Notes: generated from the sequence alone by a model not told the origin. 64,000 nucleotides of DNA from Patescibacteria group bacterium (GCA_018818425.1 JAHISB010000026.1:525-64524); one strand, 5' to 3'; numbered from the stretch's first letter, positions 8,613 to 18,817 are shown. Program-made: numbers and translations.

Positions 8613-10391
8613 ATGCACAAAACAAAACAAACAAAAAGAACCATTCAATTTAAAAGAAGAAGATCTGGAGTGAGAACCAGAGCCGTTGCCGAAAAAAAAC
8701 GGCCTGTTGACTATGGCAAAGCCCGGGGAGACGACAAGTTAAAAATAATCGTTTTAGGCGGCAACGAAGAAGTCGGCAGAAATATGACTGTTTTAGAATA
8801 TGGCCGCGACTTAATAATTATTGATCTAGGCCTGCAGTTTCCCGAAGAAGATATGCCGGGCATTGACTATATTATCCCTAACATCAGCTGCCTTAAAGGC
8901 AAACAGCAAAAAATCAGAGGCATTTTTATAACTCACGGACACTACGACCATATCGGCGCCATTCCTCATTTAATGGCCGACTTGGGCAATCCGACTATTT
9001 ATAGTTCCGATCTAACGCTGGCTATGATTGCCAAAAGGCAGGAGGATTATAAAAATGGAACTAACTTAAAACTTCAATCAGTCAAGACCAGCGATGTTAT
9101 CAAAGCCGGCTGTTTTACCGTCCGCTTTTTTGGCGTCAGCCATAATATTCCCACTTCCATGGGGCTGATTATTGATACGCCTGTCGGTAAAATTGTCCAC
9201 ACCGGCGACTTTAAACTGGATTTAAACGAAACCGGCGACTCGCCCACGGAAATTGATAAAATCGCCGCTCTGGGCAAACAAAACGTTTTAGCCCTGCTTT
9301 CCGACTCCACCAACGCGCCCCAGCCGGGCCACCAGATGAGCGAGTCGGAAATTCAGCACAACCTTGATGATATTATTAAAAACGCATCAGGCAGAGTAAT
9401 TATGGGAACTTTTGCTTCTCTTTTAGGCAGAGTTCAACAAATAATTTTAGCGGCTGAAAAATTTCATAAAAAAGTGGTTATTGACGGTTACTCAATGAAA
9501 ACTAACGTTGAAATTGCCAGAGCTTTAGGTTATTTAAAAATTAAAAAAGATACTTTAATTTCTATTAAAGATACTCATCGTTATCCTAAAAATAAAATTT
9601 TGATTATGTGCACCGGCGCCCAGGGCGAAGACCGGGCCGTTTTAATGAGAATCGCCAATAAAGAGCATAAAGACCTTAAAGTTGAACCGGGCGACACCAT
9701 TGTCTTTTCCTCCTCGGTGGTGCCCGGCAACGAACGCTCCGTTCAAAGATTAAAAGATTCGCTTTACCGCGAAGGCGCCGAGGTAATTCACTACCAGATG
9801 ATGGACGTTCATGCCGGCGGCCATGCTAAAGGCGAGGATTTAAAATTCTTAATTAACTTAATCAAACCCAGATATTTTATCCCGGTTGAAGGCAATCATT
9901 CTTTTTTAAGAATACATGCCAAAATCGCTGCCAGCGCCGGCATTAATCCCAAAAATATTTTAGTGGCCGACAACGGCCAGATTATGGAATTCACCAATCA
10001 CAGCGGCGTTCTGACGGATAAAAAAGTTGTTTCTGATTATGTTTTTGTTGACGGGCTGGGCGTCGGCGATGTTTCTAACATAGTTCTGCGAGACAGGCAG
10101 ATGATGGCCGCCGACGGCATGATTGTGGTTATTGCCACCATCAGAACCAGAACCGGGCAATTGGTCCAAAATCCTGATTTAATCTCCAGGGGCTTTATTT
10201 ATATGAAGGAAAATAAAAAACTGGTGGAAGAAACCCGCAATAAAGTCAAATCTATATTAAAAGATTATAACCCCAAAACTTCAGCTAATGACGCTTACAT
10301 CAAAGACAAAATCAGAAACGAAATCGGCAGATTCCTTTTCCAAAAAACCGAACGCCGGCCCATGGTTCTGCCGGTGATTATTGAAGTTTGA
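8613..10391 (+). CDS. rnj: ribonuclease J
   Basis: THGHYDHIG, HTGDFK, SDSTN, GAQGE, HAGGH, RRPMVLPVI. Confidence 0.95.
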   Translation: MHKTKQTKRTIQFKRRRSGVRTRAVAEKKRPVDYGKARGDDKLKIIVLGGNEEVGRNMTVLEYGRDLIIIDLGLQFPEEDMPGIDYIIPNISCLKGKQQKIRGIFITHGHYDHIGAIPHLMADLGNPTIYSSDLTLAMIAKRQEDYKNGTNLKLQSVKTSDVIKAGCFTVRFFGVSHNIPTSMGLIIDTPVGKIVHTGDFKLDLNETGDSPTEIDKIAALGKQNVLALLSDSTNAPQPGHQMSESEIQHNLDDIIKNASGRVIMGTFASLLGRVQQIILAAEKFHKKVVIDGYSMKTNVEIARALGYLKIKKDTLISIKDTHRYPKNKILIMCTGAQGEDRAVLMRIANKEHKDLKVEPGDTIVFSSSVVPGNERSVQRLKDSLYREGAEVIHYQMMDVHAGGHAKGEDLKFLINLIKPRYFIPVEGNHSFLRIHAKIAASAGINPKNILVADNGQIMEFTNHSGVLTDKKVVSDYVFVDGLGVGDVSNIVLRDRQMMAADGMIVVIATIRTRTGQLVQNPDLISRGFIYMKENKKLVEETRNKVKSILKDYNPKTSANDAYIKDKIRNEIGRFLFQKTERRPMVLPVIIEV

Positions 10392-10424
10392 TAAAATATC
10401 AAATAATTAAAAAAGGGCGACTTT

Positions 10425-11186
10425 TCAATCGTCCTTTTGATTTTCACTGAATAAATGCCCCCTAACGGTTATTGCCGGCAACAAAAGAAAGCTTGTTACA
10501 GTTTCTACCTCAACTGGAACTAAGTCTTTCTCCCTTGCCCAAAGCGTAATCTCCCCTCCAGGAAAAAGGTTGTCTTTGGGGTCTAAAGTTATTCTAATCT
10601 TCCAGCATTTTATTTTTTCTTCCTGAACTTTTTTTTCCGCTTTTTTCTTAACCTCTATCCGCACCGGCTTCCAGGCGCTTTTTATCCCGTCCGAATCATG
10701 GCCGATGATATAAAAGGTATCAACCTTGCCAACTTCCGGACTATAATTCCCTTTAAGTAAAAAAATGGAACTAAGCGCATCGTTGGGTTGATGATCTCCT
10801 ATTCTTAAAGTGTCCAGCAGACTATCGCCGGAAAAATGGTAGATAAGCTGGCAGCCATAATCTATCTGCCATATTTCCTCATTAACATCAGTCAACTTGT
10901 GGTAAATTCTTTGAACACAACCATTACTATCAATTTGTACTTGGGCAAAATTATTTACCTTTTTGCCTAAAGCAGAACCCCAGCCATGAAAAGTCAGGAT
11001 AAGATTGTTGTTTTCCGCTTTTTTACAGACTAAACTAGCTTCACCGGCCTGACTTCTAGGAAAGCCAACATACCGCACATTCCAAAACAGTTGGTATTGA
11101 TACTCCTCCACAATGATTTTTTGTTGAGCGACGGCCGCGGGGCGTACGCTCAACATCAAGATTATGATGATTGCTAAGCGTTTCAT
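10425..11186 (-). CDS. secreted DUF3108-like protein
   Basis: AAGGAG RBS, signal peptide, beta-rich, DALSS and ITLW motifs. Confidence 0.55.
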   Translation of the reverse strand: MKRLAIIIILMLSVRPAAVAQQKIIVEEYQYQLFWNVRYVGFPRSQAGEASLVCKKAENNNLILTFHGWGSALGKKVNNFAQVQIDSNGCVQRIYHKLTDVNEEIWQIDYGCQLIYHFSGDSLLDTLRIGDHQPNDALSSIFLLKGNYSPEVGKVDTFYIIGHDSDGIKSAWKPVRIEVKKKAEKKVQEEKIKCWKIRITLDPKDNLFPGGEITLWAREKDLVPVEVETVTSFLLLPAITVRGHLFSENQKDD

Positions 11187-11283
11187 CGCTCGTTCTCCTT
11201 TTGTTAAATCAACGAACGTTTCCACCATCTAACTAAATTTAACAGTCCTTGTCAAGCGCATAAATTACTGATAAAATGTGGTT

Positions 11284-12267
11284 ATGACCAATCAAAAAAT
11301 ACTTTTCTCCGGTATTCAACCAACCGGTGAGATACATCTTGGCAACTATTTAGGCGCCTTAAAAAACTGGGTTGATTTGCAGAATAAGTATAGTTGCTAT
11401 TATTCCATAGTTGACCTTCATGCGATTACCATTGATTATGAACCGAAAAACTATCAGGAAAAAATTCTTGATACGGCCATGGATTTGTTGGCTATTGGCC
11501 TTAACCCCAAAAAATCAGTTCTTTTTGTCCAGTCGCGCGTTCCCGAGCACACCGAACTGTGCTGGCTGTTTAATACTTTAATTCCCATCGCCGAACTGGA
11601 GCGCATGACCCAGTTTAAAGATAAGTCCCAGGAACATAAAAAGAATATCAACGCCGGACTTTTTGATTATCCTGTTCTGCAGGCCGCTGATATTCTTTTG
11701 TATCACGGCCAAGTTGTGCCGGTGGGCGAAGACCAGCTGCAGCATTTAGAACTGGCCAATAAAATCGTCAGAAAATTCAATAACAAGTTCGGAGAATATT
11801 TTAAAGAAGTTGAGCCGGTCATCAGTTCCGGCGCCAGAATTATGTCGCTAGCTGACCCGGCAAAAAAAATGAGCAAGTCCTTAGGACCGGCCCATTATAT
11901 TTCTATTAATGATACGCCTGATGTCATTAAGAAAAAGGTGATGAAAGCTGTTACCGATACGGGCGAGGCAAAAGAAATGTCGCCGGGAGTAAAAAATCTA
12001 CTTAGACTTCTTGAGCTTTTAACCGATTCCAAAACTTTCCAAAAATACCAAAAAGTTTACGATAATAAATCAATAAGATATTCTGATTTAAAAACAGAAC
12101 TGGCTGACGCTATCATCAAACATTTAAAGCCAATTCAAGAAAAAAAGAAAGAATTGATGAAAGATAAAAACAAAGTTCAAAAAATTCTTGATACCGGCGC
12201 CAAAAAAGCGCGAAGGGTTGCGCAAAAGAATATTGTGGAGATAAAAAAGAGGATGGGGTTAATGTAA
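11284..12267 (+). CDS. trpS: tryptophan--tRNA ligase
   Basis: SGIQPTG-HLGN, YPVLQAADIL, KMSKS. Confidence 0.97.
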   Translation: MTNQKILFSGIQPTGEIHLGNYLGALKNWVDLQNKYSCYYSIVDLHAITIDYEPKNYQEKILDTAMDLLAIGLNPKKSVLFVQSRVPEHTELCWLFNTLIPIAELERMTQFKDKSQEHKKNINAGLFDYPVLQAADILLYHGQVVPVGEDQLQHLELANKIVRKFNNKFGEYFKEVEPVISSGARIMSLADPAKKMSKSLGPAHYISINDTPDVIKKKVMKAVTDTGEAKEMSPGVKNLLRLLELLTDSKTFQKYQKVYDNKSIRYSDLKTELADAIIKHLKPIQEKKKELMKDKNKVQKILDTGAKKARRVAQKNIVEIKKRMGLM

Positions 12268-12280
12268 AATAATCGTTGCA

Positions 12281-12332
12281 AAACGCAGCGGCGCATTGTC
12301 ATCCTGAGCTGAGCCGAAGGATTGCGTCGCTA
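12281..12332. repeat. REP family GTCATCCTGAGCTGAGCCGAAGGA, copy 1
   Basis: near-identical to 13136-13192; palindromic arms. Confidence 0.75.
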
Positions 12333-12401
12333 TATTTTATTTGACAAAGTCTAAACTTCCGATTAAAATACAAAAAAAGTTCATTCACAAAATACGAGGG
12401 C

Positions 12402-13079
12402 TTGGCCATGATCACCTACTTTCTACTCATTCTTGGCGGCATGGCCACCAAGATCTTTGTTTTTCTCTTCATTAAACTGGAGGTAAATGGAAGAAAAAAC
12501 ATTCCCAAAAATGTAACCAATCTCATTTTCTCATCCAACCATGAAGCTTATATTGATTCTTGGTTGGTTATGACTTACATGAGACCGCTCTGGTATTTTA
12601 TTTTTCACCCAGCTGCTATTCCATGGAACACGCCCGAAAAAAAGAATTTTTTTAACACCTGGTGGAAAAAAATCATCTTTTCACATCTTAGATGCCTGCC
12701 TGTAACAAGGGGCGGGATGGGACCAAGAGAAACTGAATTTTTCTCTGAACAAGTTAAAAAAAAATTAAAAAAGCACAGTATCTTATGGTACTTCGAACAA
12801 ACAAGGGCGCGGAATAATGAAATTGGTGAACCCAAACAAGGCGTCGGTTGGGTTATCCGCGAAAACCTGTCCAGAGTAATTCCCATAAGAATCAGAGGTA
12901 TGGATAATGTTTGGCCAGTAGATTCAAAACTCCCAAAGGTTTCCCTCTTTAAAAAAATAAGGGTCCATATCAACTATGGCAGTCCTTTAAACATTGATGA
13001 TTTGTTGATTGAACAAAATAATAAACCAACCCACATGGCTATCGGCCAGCGGATCAAGGAGGCCGTTGAGGCATTGTAA
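12402..13079 (+). CDS. lysophospholipid acyltransferase (PlsC-like)
   Basis: NHEAYID (HX4D), FEQTR, IPIRIRG. Confidence 0.8.
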   Translation: MAMITYFLLILGGMATKIFVFLFIKLEVNGRKNIPKNVTNLIFSSNHEAYIDSWLVMTYMRPLWYFIFHPAAIPWNTPEKKNFFNTWWKKIIFSHLRCLPVTRGGMGPRETEFFSEQVKKKLKKHSILWYFEQTRARNNEIGEPKQGVGWVIRENLSRVIPIRIRGMDNVWPVDSKLPKVSLFKKIRVHINYGSPLNIDDLLIEQNNKPTHMAIGQRIKEAVEAL

Positions 13080-13080
13080 A

Positions 13081-13120
13081 ACCACCCTGAACAAAAGTTG
13101 AAGGGTGGTAATTTTTTTTT
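13081..13120 (+). terminator. intrinsic terminator
   Basis: ACCACCCT...AGGGTGGT followed by a T tract. Confidence 0.6.
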
Positions 13121-13135
13121 ATTGTAAATATCATG

Positions 13136-13192
13136 AAACGTAGCGACGTATTGTCATCCTGAGCTGAGTCGAAGGATTGCGTCGCTACGTTT
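13136..13192. repeat. REP family GTCATCCTGAGCTGAG, copy 2
   Basis: AAACGTAGCGACG...CGTCGCTACGTTT arms. Confidence 0.75.
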
Positions 13193-14025
13193 TATAACTC
13201 AACCTTTTCGCCTTTAATTTTACTTCCAATAAATTTACTGCCTAGAGTTTCAAACTTTTCCGAACTGTCGGTAGTTAAATACCTGACAGCCTGCCCGCCG
13301 TGGTCTTGACGAAGGTGGGTTTTATTTTTTTCAATTTTTGACTCAATTTCCGGATGGCGATTCAAATAATCAACTAATTTTTCTGCAACCACCTTGGGCG
13401 CATCTAAAACCTTAACTCTCTTGCCAATAATTCTTTCAAACTCTTTCATTAACAGTGGATAATGAGTACAGCCCAAAATTAATGTGTCAATTTCTCTTTC
13501 TTTTAAAGACCGTAAACATTTTTTAATAGTCATCCTGGTTTCTGGTTTTTTTATCATGCCTTCCTCAACTAAAGGAACCAACAACGGACAGGAGTTTTGA
13601 AAAATTTGCAGTTTTGAGTTTTCAGTTTTTAATTCTCTGATATATGCTTTCGAATCAATGGTCGACTTAGTGCCAACCACTCCAATTCGGCCAAATCGAG
13701 ATATCTTTGCAGCTTCTTCAACCACAGGTCTGATGACTCCTAAGATGCGGCAGTCAGGGTAATTCTTGGGCAGCCACTCCTGCTGCAGCTTTCTTAAAGC
13801 TTCGGCCGAAGCCGTATTGCAAGCGATAATAACCAGCCGGCAGCCCTGCTTAAATAAAAAATCAACAGCTTTTTCGGTAAATTGATAAACTGCCTCTTGG
13901 CTTCTGCCGCCGTAAGGGGCTCTTAAATTATCACCCAGATAAATATAAGAATAATCAGGCAAAGCCCTTTTTATTTCTTTGAAGACTGTTAACCCCCCGA
14001 AGCCGGAGTCAAAGATTCCTATCAT
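13192..14025 (-). CDS. murI: glutamate racemase
   Basis: IGIFDSGFGGL, IACNTAS, LGCTHYP. Confidence 0.96.
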   Translation of the reverse strand: MIGIFDSGFGGLTVFKEIKRALPDYSYIYLGDNLRAPYGGRSQEAVYQFTEKAVDFLFKQGCRLVIIACNTASAEALRKLQQEWLPKNYPDCRILGVIRPVVEEAAKISRFGRIGVVGTKSTIDSKAYIRELKTENSKLQIFQNSCPLLVPLVEEGMIKKPETRMTIKKCLRSLKEREIDTLILGCTHYPLLMKEFERIIGKRVKVLDAPKVVAEKLVDYLNRHPEIESKIEKNKTHLRQDHGGQAVRYLTTDSSEKFETLGSKFIGSKIKGEKVEL

Positions 14026-14108
14026 AGTATTTTATCTGATTTTAATCCGCCACTTGCCCGCCGAAGCTTTAGCGTAGGCGGGAAGCCGGAGTCGAAGATT
14101 CCTATCAT
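14022..14108 (-). other. duplicated murI 5' end forming a 28-codon mini-ORF with an in-frame REP
   Basis: MIGIFDSGF-PPTLKLRRAS-GGLKSDKIL*; stop overlaps the murI ATG (ATGA). Confidence 0.7.
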
Positions 14109-14112
14109 ATAT

Positions 14113-14290
14113 ATAAAATTCCAAAATACAAGAAACAAGATACAAACAAATCCCAAATTCCAAAATTCCAAATAACAAATAATATTCTAAATCCTAATTA
14201 CCGAAACTGTTGATTGTTTGGTTTATTATGTTTTGAAATTTGATGATTGAAATTTGTTTGTTACTTGGAATTTGTATCTTATTGCTTAAT
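14113..14290. repeat. inverted heptamer array (AAATTCC/ATACAAG family)
   Basis: left arm A-rich 7-mers, right arm their reverse complements. Confidence 0.75.
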
Positions 14291-15692
14291 TGTTTATTAC
14301 TTTTAAAACCTCCTCCTGCCTTTTCTTTAATTCTTTTTGATTTTTTGCTTCAACAGTGATCCTTAAAAGCGGCTCGGTATTTGATGGACGCACATTAAAC
14401 CAATAATCCTCAAACTCCGCCGTAATGCCGTCTATTTCATCTTTAATATTTTTTTGATAGTGACTTCTGATTTTTTCTAGTTTTGACGAAATGTCATCAA
14501 CTTTAATGTTTATTTCATCGCCTCGGGCGTATAAACTGTAATCTTTGATGATTTCTGATAATTTGCGGCCGTCTTCGGAAATTGTCTGCAATGATAAAGC
14601 CAAAGCGATAAAACCGTTATCGGCATAATAATTTTTCTTAAAAGCAAAATGGCCGGAAACTTCGCCGCTCATTACTCCGCCTTCGTTCCGCATATGATTG
14701 GCTAGATTAAGGTAGCCAACCTCGCTTCTGATCGGCCGTCCGCCCCATTTACTAACCAGTTCCGGCACCGCATGGGAGCAGATTAAATTATAAACAATGC
14801 CGGCGCCCGGATTCTTTTCCAGCATAACTTTAGCCATCAACAGCAAAGTTATATCGCCGGTGATAAAATGCCCCTGTTCATCAATTAAGAACATTCTGTC
14901 GCCGTCCGCATCAAACATTATTCCCAGATCGGCTTTTTCTTTTAAAATTTTCTGGCTGGCTTTTTCCGAAGCTCCTTCTGTTAAAGGATTGGGGTGGCGG
15001 TTGGCAAACTTATTATCAAGTTCAGGGAATAATGATATTAATTGGCAAGGCAATTTTTCAAAAAGTTTGGGCATCAATAAGCCCGCCATGCCGTTGCCGG
15101 TGTCTACTACAACTTTAAGTGGCTTGATTTTATTGACTTCCACAAAAGATAAAATATGATTTAGATGATCTTGAAAGATGTCTTTTTTCTCTATCCGGCC
15201 TTTGATTTTTTCATCCTCAAGGGGAAGGTCCAGCTTGATCAATTCCTCGTATAAAACTTTACCGCTGATAAATTCAATGCTGTCCGGAAAATCCTGATTC
15301 ATTTTGACCATTTTAAAACCGCCGTATTCCGGAGGGTTGTGAGAAGCGGTGGCCATGATGCCCCCATTATATTTATAATAACCAACGGCAAAATAAAAAT
15401 CGTTAATGGAAATTAAACCAAGATCATCAACTTTGACGCCATATTCTAAAAAAATGTTGATGACTGATTTAATCAACGGCTCTGACGCTTCTCTAATATC
15501 TCGGCCGACCGCTAACTTTAACTCTTTAATCGGCTTGTTAAATTTTTGAGTCATGATCTTTAAAAAGGCTTGAGCAACCAGCTTAGCGGTTTCTTGATTT
15601 AATTGTTGAGGATAGATTCCCCTGATGTCGTAGGATTTAAAAATTTCAGCCAGAGGCTGACCAGTCTTTGACTGGGATTGATTGATATTCAT
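14286..15692 (-). CDS. phosphomannomutase/phosphoglucomutase
   Basis: FKSYDIRG, TASHNP, DADGDR, SGEVSGH, RPSNTEP. Confidence 0.93.
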   Translation of the reverse strand: MNINQSQSKTGQPLAEIFKSYDIRGIYPQQLNQETAKLVAQAFLKIMTQKFNKPIKELKLAVGRDIREASEPLIKSVINIFLEYGVKVDDLGLISINDFYFAVGYYKYNGGIMATASHNPPEYGGFKMVKMNQDFPDSIEFISGKVLYEELIKLDLPLEDEKIKGRIEKKDIFQDHLNHILSFVEVNKIKPLKVVVDTGNGMAGLLMPKLFEKLPCQLISLFPELDNKFANRHPNPLTEGASEKASQKILKEKADLGIMFDADGDRMFLIDEQGHFITGDITLLLMAKVMLEKNPGAGIVYNLICSHAVPELVSKWGGRPIRSEVGYLNLANHMRNEGGVMSGEVSGHFAFKKNYYADNGFIALALSLQTISEDGRKLSEIIKDYSLYARGDEINIKVDDISSKLEKIRSHYQKNIKDEIDGITAEFEDYWFNVRPSNTEPLLRITVEAKNQKELKKRQEEVLKVINN

Positions 15693-15802
15693 ATTTTTGA
15701 TTTTAGCTGATTTTGCTGGATAAATCAATAAGGCGCTGACCCAATGCCAACGCCCTATTATCCAAATAGTCAAATATTCAAATAATCTAATAGTCTAATA
15801 CT

Positions 15803-16957
15803 TTATTCTTTCATCTCTTTCCAAGCCCTCTTTTTCATTTCCACAATGGCCCCAAGGCCCCACCAAATCGCCACCAAACAAATTAACCAGCCAACGATAG
15901 GTATGCTCTTAATAATAACAAAAGCAATCACTCCGATAACCATTTTGAGTATTAAGCTGAATTTTTCCCAGCCAAAACCCTTGGCCAATAAAATGCCTAA
16001 AGCAATAGCGGCAAAAACTTTGCTAAGATACAGCACAACAGCATAGCTGACCCCTATAATCAAAGCTAAGGGTATGCCAATGACCGTTATCAGTAAAATT
16101 ACGCAGGCAATAGGAGTTAAGAAAAACCAAACCGCGCCCCGGCCGATCTGCGCGCCCGGTTTTTCAATCATCAAATTGGTCATCTCCTTGATCTTTTTAC
16201 CGCCCAAATAAATTATTACCAAACCGACAATAAACAAACTAAACAGTTGAACTAATTTTCCAAAAAAGTAGCCGACGGCAATAAAGCCCAGAATAGCCGC
16301 CTTCTTTGGTTTCTTAATTAAGGCATTATAAACTGTTTCTCCTGCAACAAGCTCTGTTTCCTCCGCGCTGATTTCCTCCATCGCTTTATAATTAAGATCG
16401 CCCTGCAAACTGGCTTGTGGCAATAGCTTCAATTGGCCGTCGATTTTTACATAGGTGTCGCCGCCCACTTCGGTGGCAATGTTTGCCGTATTGCCGGCGA
16501 TTTCTAAATTGCCTCCGACTTTACCCCGAACATCGACCACAGCGCCGGCCAAAGTAACGTGCCTGCCGACTTCAGCAGTTTCGCTGATTATTAAAGTACT
16601 GCCTCCGGCCATAATATTCCTGCTGACTTTGCCGTCAAAAGAAACATTAGAGCCGGCCGCTCTAACGCTGCCGTCAACATCGCCGCTGACCCTGATGTTG
16701 GAACCGGCCGCAAACACATCGCCGTTGACTGTGCCGGAAATAGTGATGGAATTGCCGGCCGCAAACACATCGCCGTTGACTGTGCCGGCAATCTCTACGG
16801 CGTTGCCCCCGGCATAAAAATTGCCTTCATGAACTTCGCTTGATGGCAAATAAACATTTTCGCCGGCTTTTTTAACTCCGGCCTGGACTGCCAGCGGCAA
16901 TACTAAAAGCAAGGCCAGCCCAAAAATCAAAATTAATCGATTAGTTTTTTTAGTCAT
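15803..16957 (-). CDS. bactofilin-like (polymer-forming) repeat membrane protein
   Basis: GTVNGDVFAAG repeats and C-terminal TM helices. Confidence 0.75.
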   Translation of the reverse strand: MTKKTNRLILIFGLALLLVLPLAVQAGVKKAGENVYLPSSEVHEGNFYAGGNAVEIAGTVNGDVFAAGNSITISGTVNGDVFAAGSNIRVSGDVDGSVRAAGSNVSFDGKVSRNIMAGGSTLIISETAEVGRHVTLAGAVVDVRGKVGGNLEIAGNTANIATEVGGDTYVKIDGQLKLLPQASLQGDLNYKAMEEISAEETELVAGETVYNALIKKPKKAAILGFIAVGYFFGKLVQLFSLFIVGLVIIYLGGKKIKEMTNLMIEKPGAQIGRGAVWFFLTPIACVILLITVIGIPLALIIGVSYAVVLYLSKVFAAIALGILLAKGFGWEKFSLILKMVIGVIAFVIIKSIPIVGWLICLVAIWWGLGAIVEMKKRAWKEMKE

Positions 16958-17332
16958 AAGTATTATGTTAAATGATAAATGAATATCTTATCCGCGAACC
17001 ATCTGTGAGTTATCAGTGAACTGTCAGTGATTATCCGTGCCTTAATTATACCAAAAATATCTGAATCTTGATACTTTAAAAGCTCCATTGGCTCTTTTTT
17101 ATAGCTAATATTAGCCAAAAATATATTCATTATAATTTCACTATTGACTTTTTTTTACCAATGTGCTATATTAATATATTATTTTTCGTTAAGGTTGCCC
17201 TTTTTATCTTATCTGGTTTATTTGCCCTCAAACCTTAGCACTTAGCTGCGATTAACTAAAAGTTGATTGCTGTGGTTTGCTTGGACATTTACTAAAGACA
17301 AAAAAATAAACAAAAACCAAAATGAGGAAAAA

Positions 17333-17764
17333 ATGAAAAGCATTATCATTAGTGTCTTGGTGGTAGGAATCCTAACGGCATTTTACATGTTCATGTTTGG
17401 CCACCAGATACCTACAACGACAAGGGGGGAGGACAGTTTAGCATGCTGTCTGATGATAGCGGTAGAAACGATTGATAGTTTAAATGTCATAAACTCGTGG
17501 CAAGAGTTTGGTGACATCATCACCGAATACCATATTGGTACCGTTGCCGCTGGAGACAGTTCCAGCAACGTTATGTTAAGCATCAGGAAAGGGCGAGGGG
17601 TAGTCCTACTCCATGTATATAATGGAGGTAGGGGGATATTAAGTTGCTATTATAGCAGTTTGGAGCCGCCACCAATCGTGACGGTTCTAACCTCTTATGG
17701 GGCGAGTTGGTTAAATGATGCTGGACAGCATCTTTACCAGCTAGCCCAAAATCTCAACAACTAA
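17333..17764 (+). CDS. hypothetical protein with N-terminal TM segment
   Basis: GAGG RBS before MKSII; TTGACT/TATATT-like promoter upstream. Confidence 0.5.
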   Translation: MKSIIISVLVVGILTAFYMFMFGHQIPTTTRGEDSLACCLMIAVETIDSLNVINSWQEFGDIITEYHIGTVAAGDSSSNVMLSIRKGRGVVLLHVYNGGRGILSCYYSSLEPPPIVTVLTSYGASWLNDAGQHLYQLAQNLNN

Positions 17765-17784
17765 AAAAACAAAAGGAGATAGTT

Positions 17785-17998
17785 GTGAAAAAATTCATCG
17801 CCTTCAGCTCACTCTTCGTGTTCATCATGATTGTGAGCTAGGCACTCTCACTACAGAAGAAAAATTAGAGCTTCAAGGATTGTATGCGTTCAAAGACAAT
17901 CCGCGTGGTGCCAAACTTGTACAAAAAGAAGCTCTAGGCACTCTCACTACAGAAGAAAAATTAGAGCTTCAAGGATTGTATGCAAAAAAAAATAATTA
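17785..17998 (+). pseudogene. disrupted secreted repeat-protein gene with a 50-bp direct repeat
   Basis: AAGGAG RBS, GTG, signal-like stretch, TAG; repeats at 17838-17887 and 17934-17983 (period 96 nt). Confidence 0.5.
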
Positions 17999-18021
17999 AC
18001 AAAAGCCATTTCACTAAGTAC

Positions 18022-18056
18022 GAGCGGGACCCTCACAGGCCCCGCTTTTTTTATTT
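18022..18056 (+). terminator. intrinsic terminator
   Basis: AGCGGG...CCCGCT followed by a T tract. Confidence 0.65.
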
Positions 18057-18063
18057 TAAAAAT

Positions 18064-18795
18064 TTATTGCTTCTTCCCAATCGCCACCACATTTACTCTT
18101 CTTTCAGGTATTTTACTTTGAGGATTCTTATTGATAAAAACTTTTTCAACCAATAATCCCGATTTTTTTATAAAGCCTTTCAATTCTCTTTTAGTAAAAG
18201 CATAAATATAACGCTGGCCTAAAATTTGGCCGTTGGGCAGTTTCCAGGGTTTGAAAAAATCTTTCCAAGAAATTTTCTGACTAAATTGATTAAAAAAATA
18301 TTTAAGATACGGCTTATGCCACAAGTGCCAGTTGGTCATTAATAAGTATCCGCCCGGTTTTAAGACCCTTCGTATTTCGCTTAACGTTTTAAGACGCAAT
18401 ACTTTTGTCGGCAAATGATGAAAAGTAGCAATACAAAAAATCAAATCAAAATAATTATCTTTATATGGCAATGTTGTCATTTCGCCGGTTTGGAATTTGG
18501 GATTTGGATATTGTTTGTTACTTGTTTCTTGTATCTTGGGGTTTTTATTTTTAGCAATTTCAATCAATTTCTCACTATTATCTAATCCATAATATTCAAC
18601 CTTGAAATCTTTAAGATACGAGAAAAAAAGCCGTCCATTGCCGCATCCCAGGTCTAGAATTTTTTGCCCTTCTTTGATATACTTGCTAAACAGCTCAAAC
18701 TCTGCCCACGGCGCATAGCGGGTTTGAGAAAAATGTTCGGCGATTTTGTTGTAGTTATTCTTGGTGTCCTTGATTATTTTTTCTGATTTATTCAT
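18064..18795 (-). CDS. class I SAM methyltransferase, Trm9/ALKBH8-like
   Basis: YNKIAEHFSQTRYAPW, LDLGCGNG, IATFHHL, LKPGG, RYIY. Confidence 0.8.
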   Translation of the reverse strand: MNKSEKIIKDTKNNYNKIAEHFSQTRYAPWAEFELFSKYIKEGQKILDLGCGNGRLFFSYLKDFKVEYYGLDNSEKLIEIAKNKNPKIQETSNKQYPNPKFQTGEMTTLPYKDNYFDLIFCIATFHHLPTKVLRLKTLSEIRRVLKPGGYLLMTNWHLWHKPYLKYFFNQFSQKISWKDFFKPWKLPNGQILGQRYIYAFTKRELKGFIKKSGLLVEKVFINKNPQSKIPERRVNVVAIGKKQ

Positions 18796-18817
18796 ATAGT
18801 AATAATTCTCTGAAAGG

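Noticed and set aside
17838-17983. Possible CRISPR array (two 50-bp repeats, 46-bp spacer)
   Set aside because: Only two repeats, the period is a multiple of three with an open frame, and there are no cas genes; better explained as a coding repeat.
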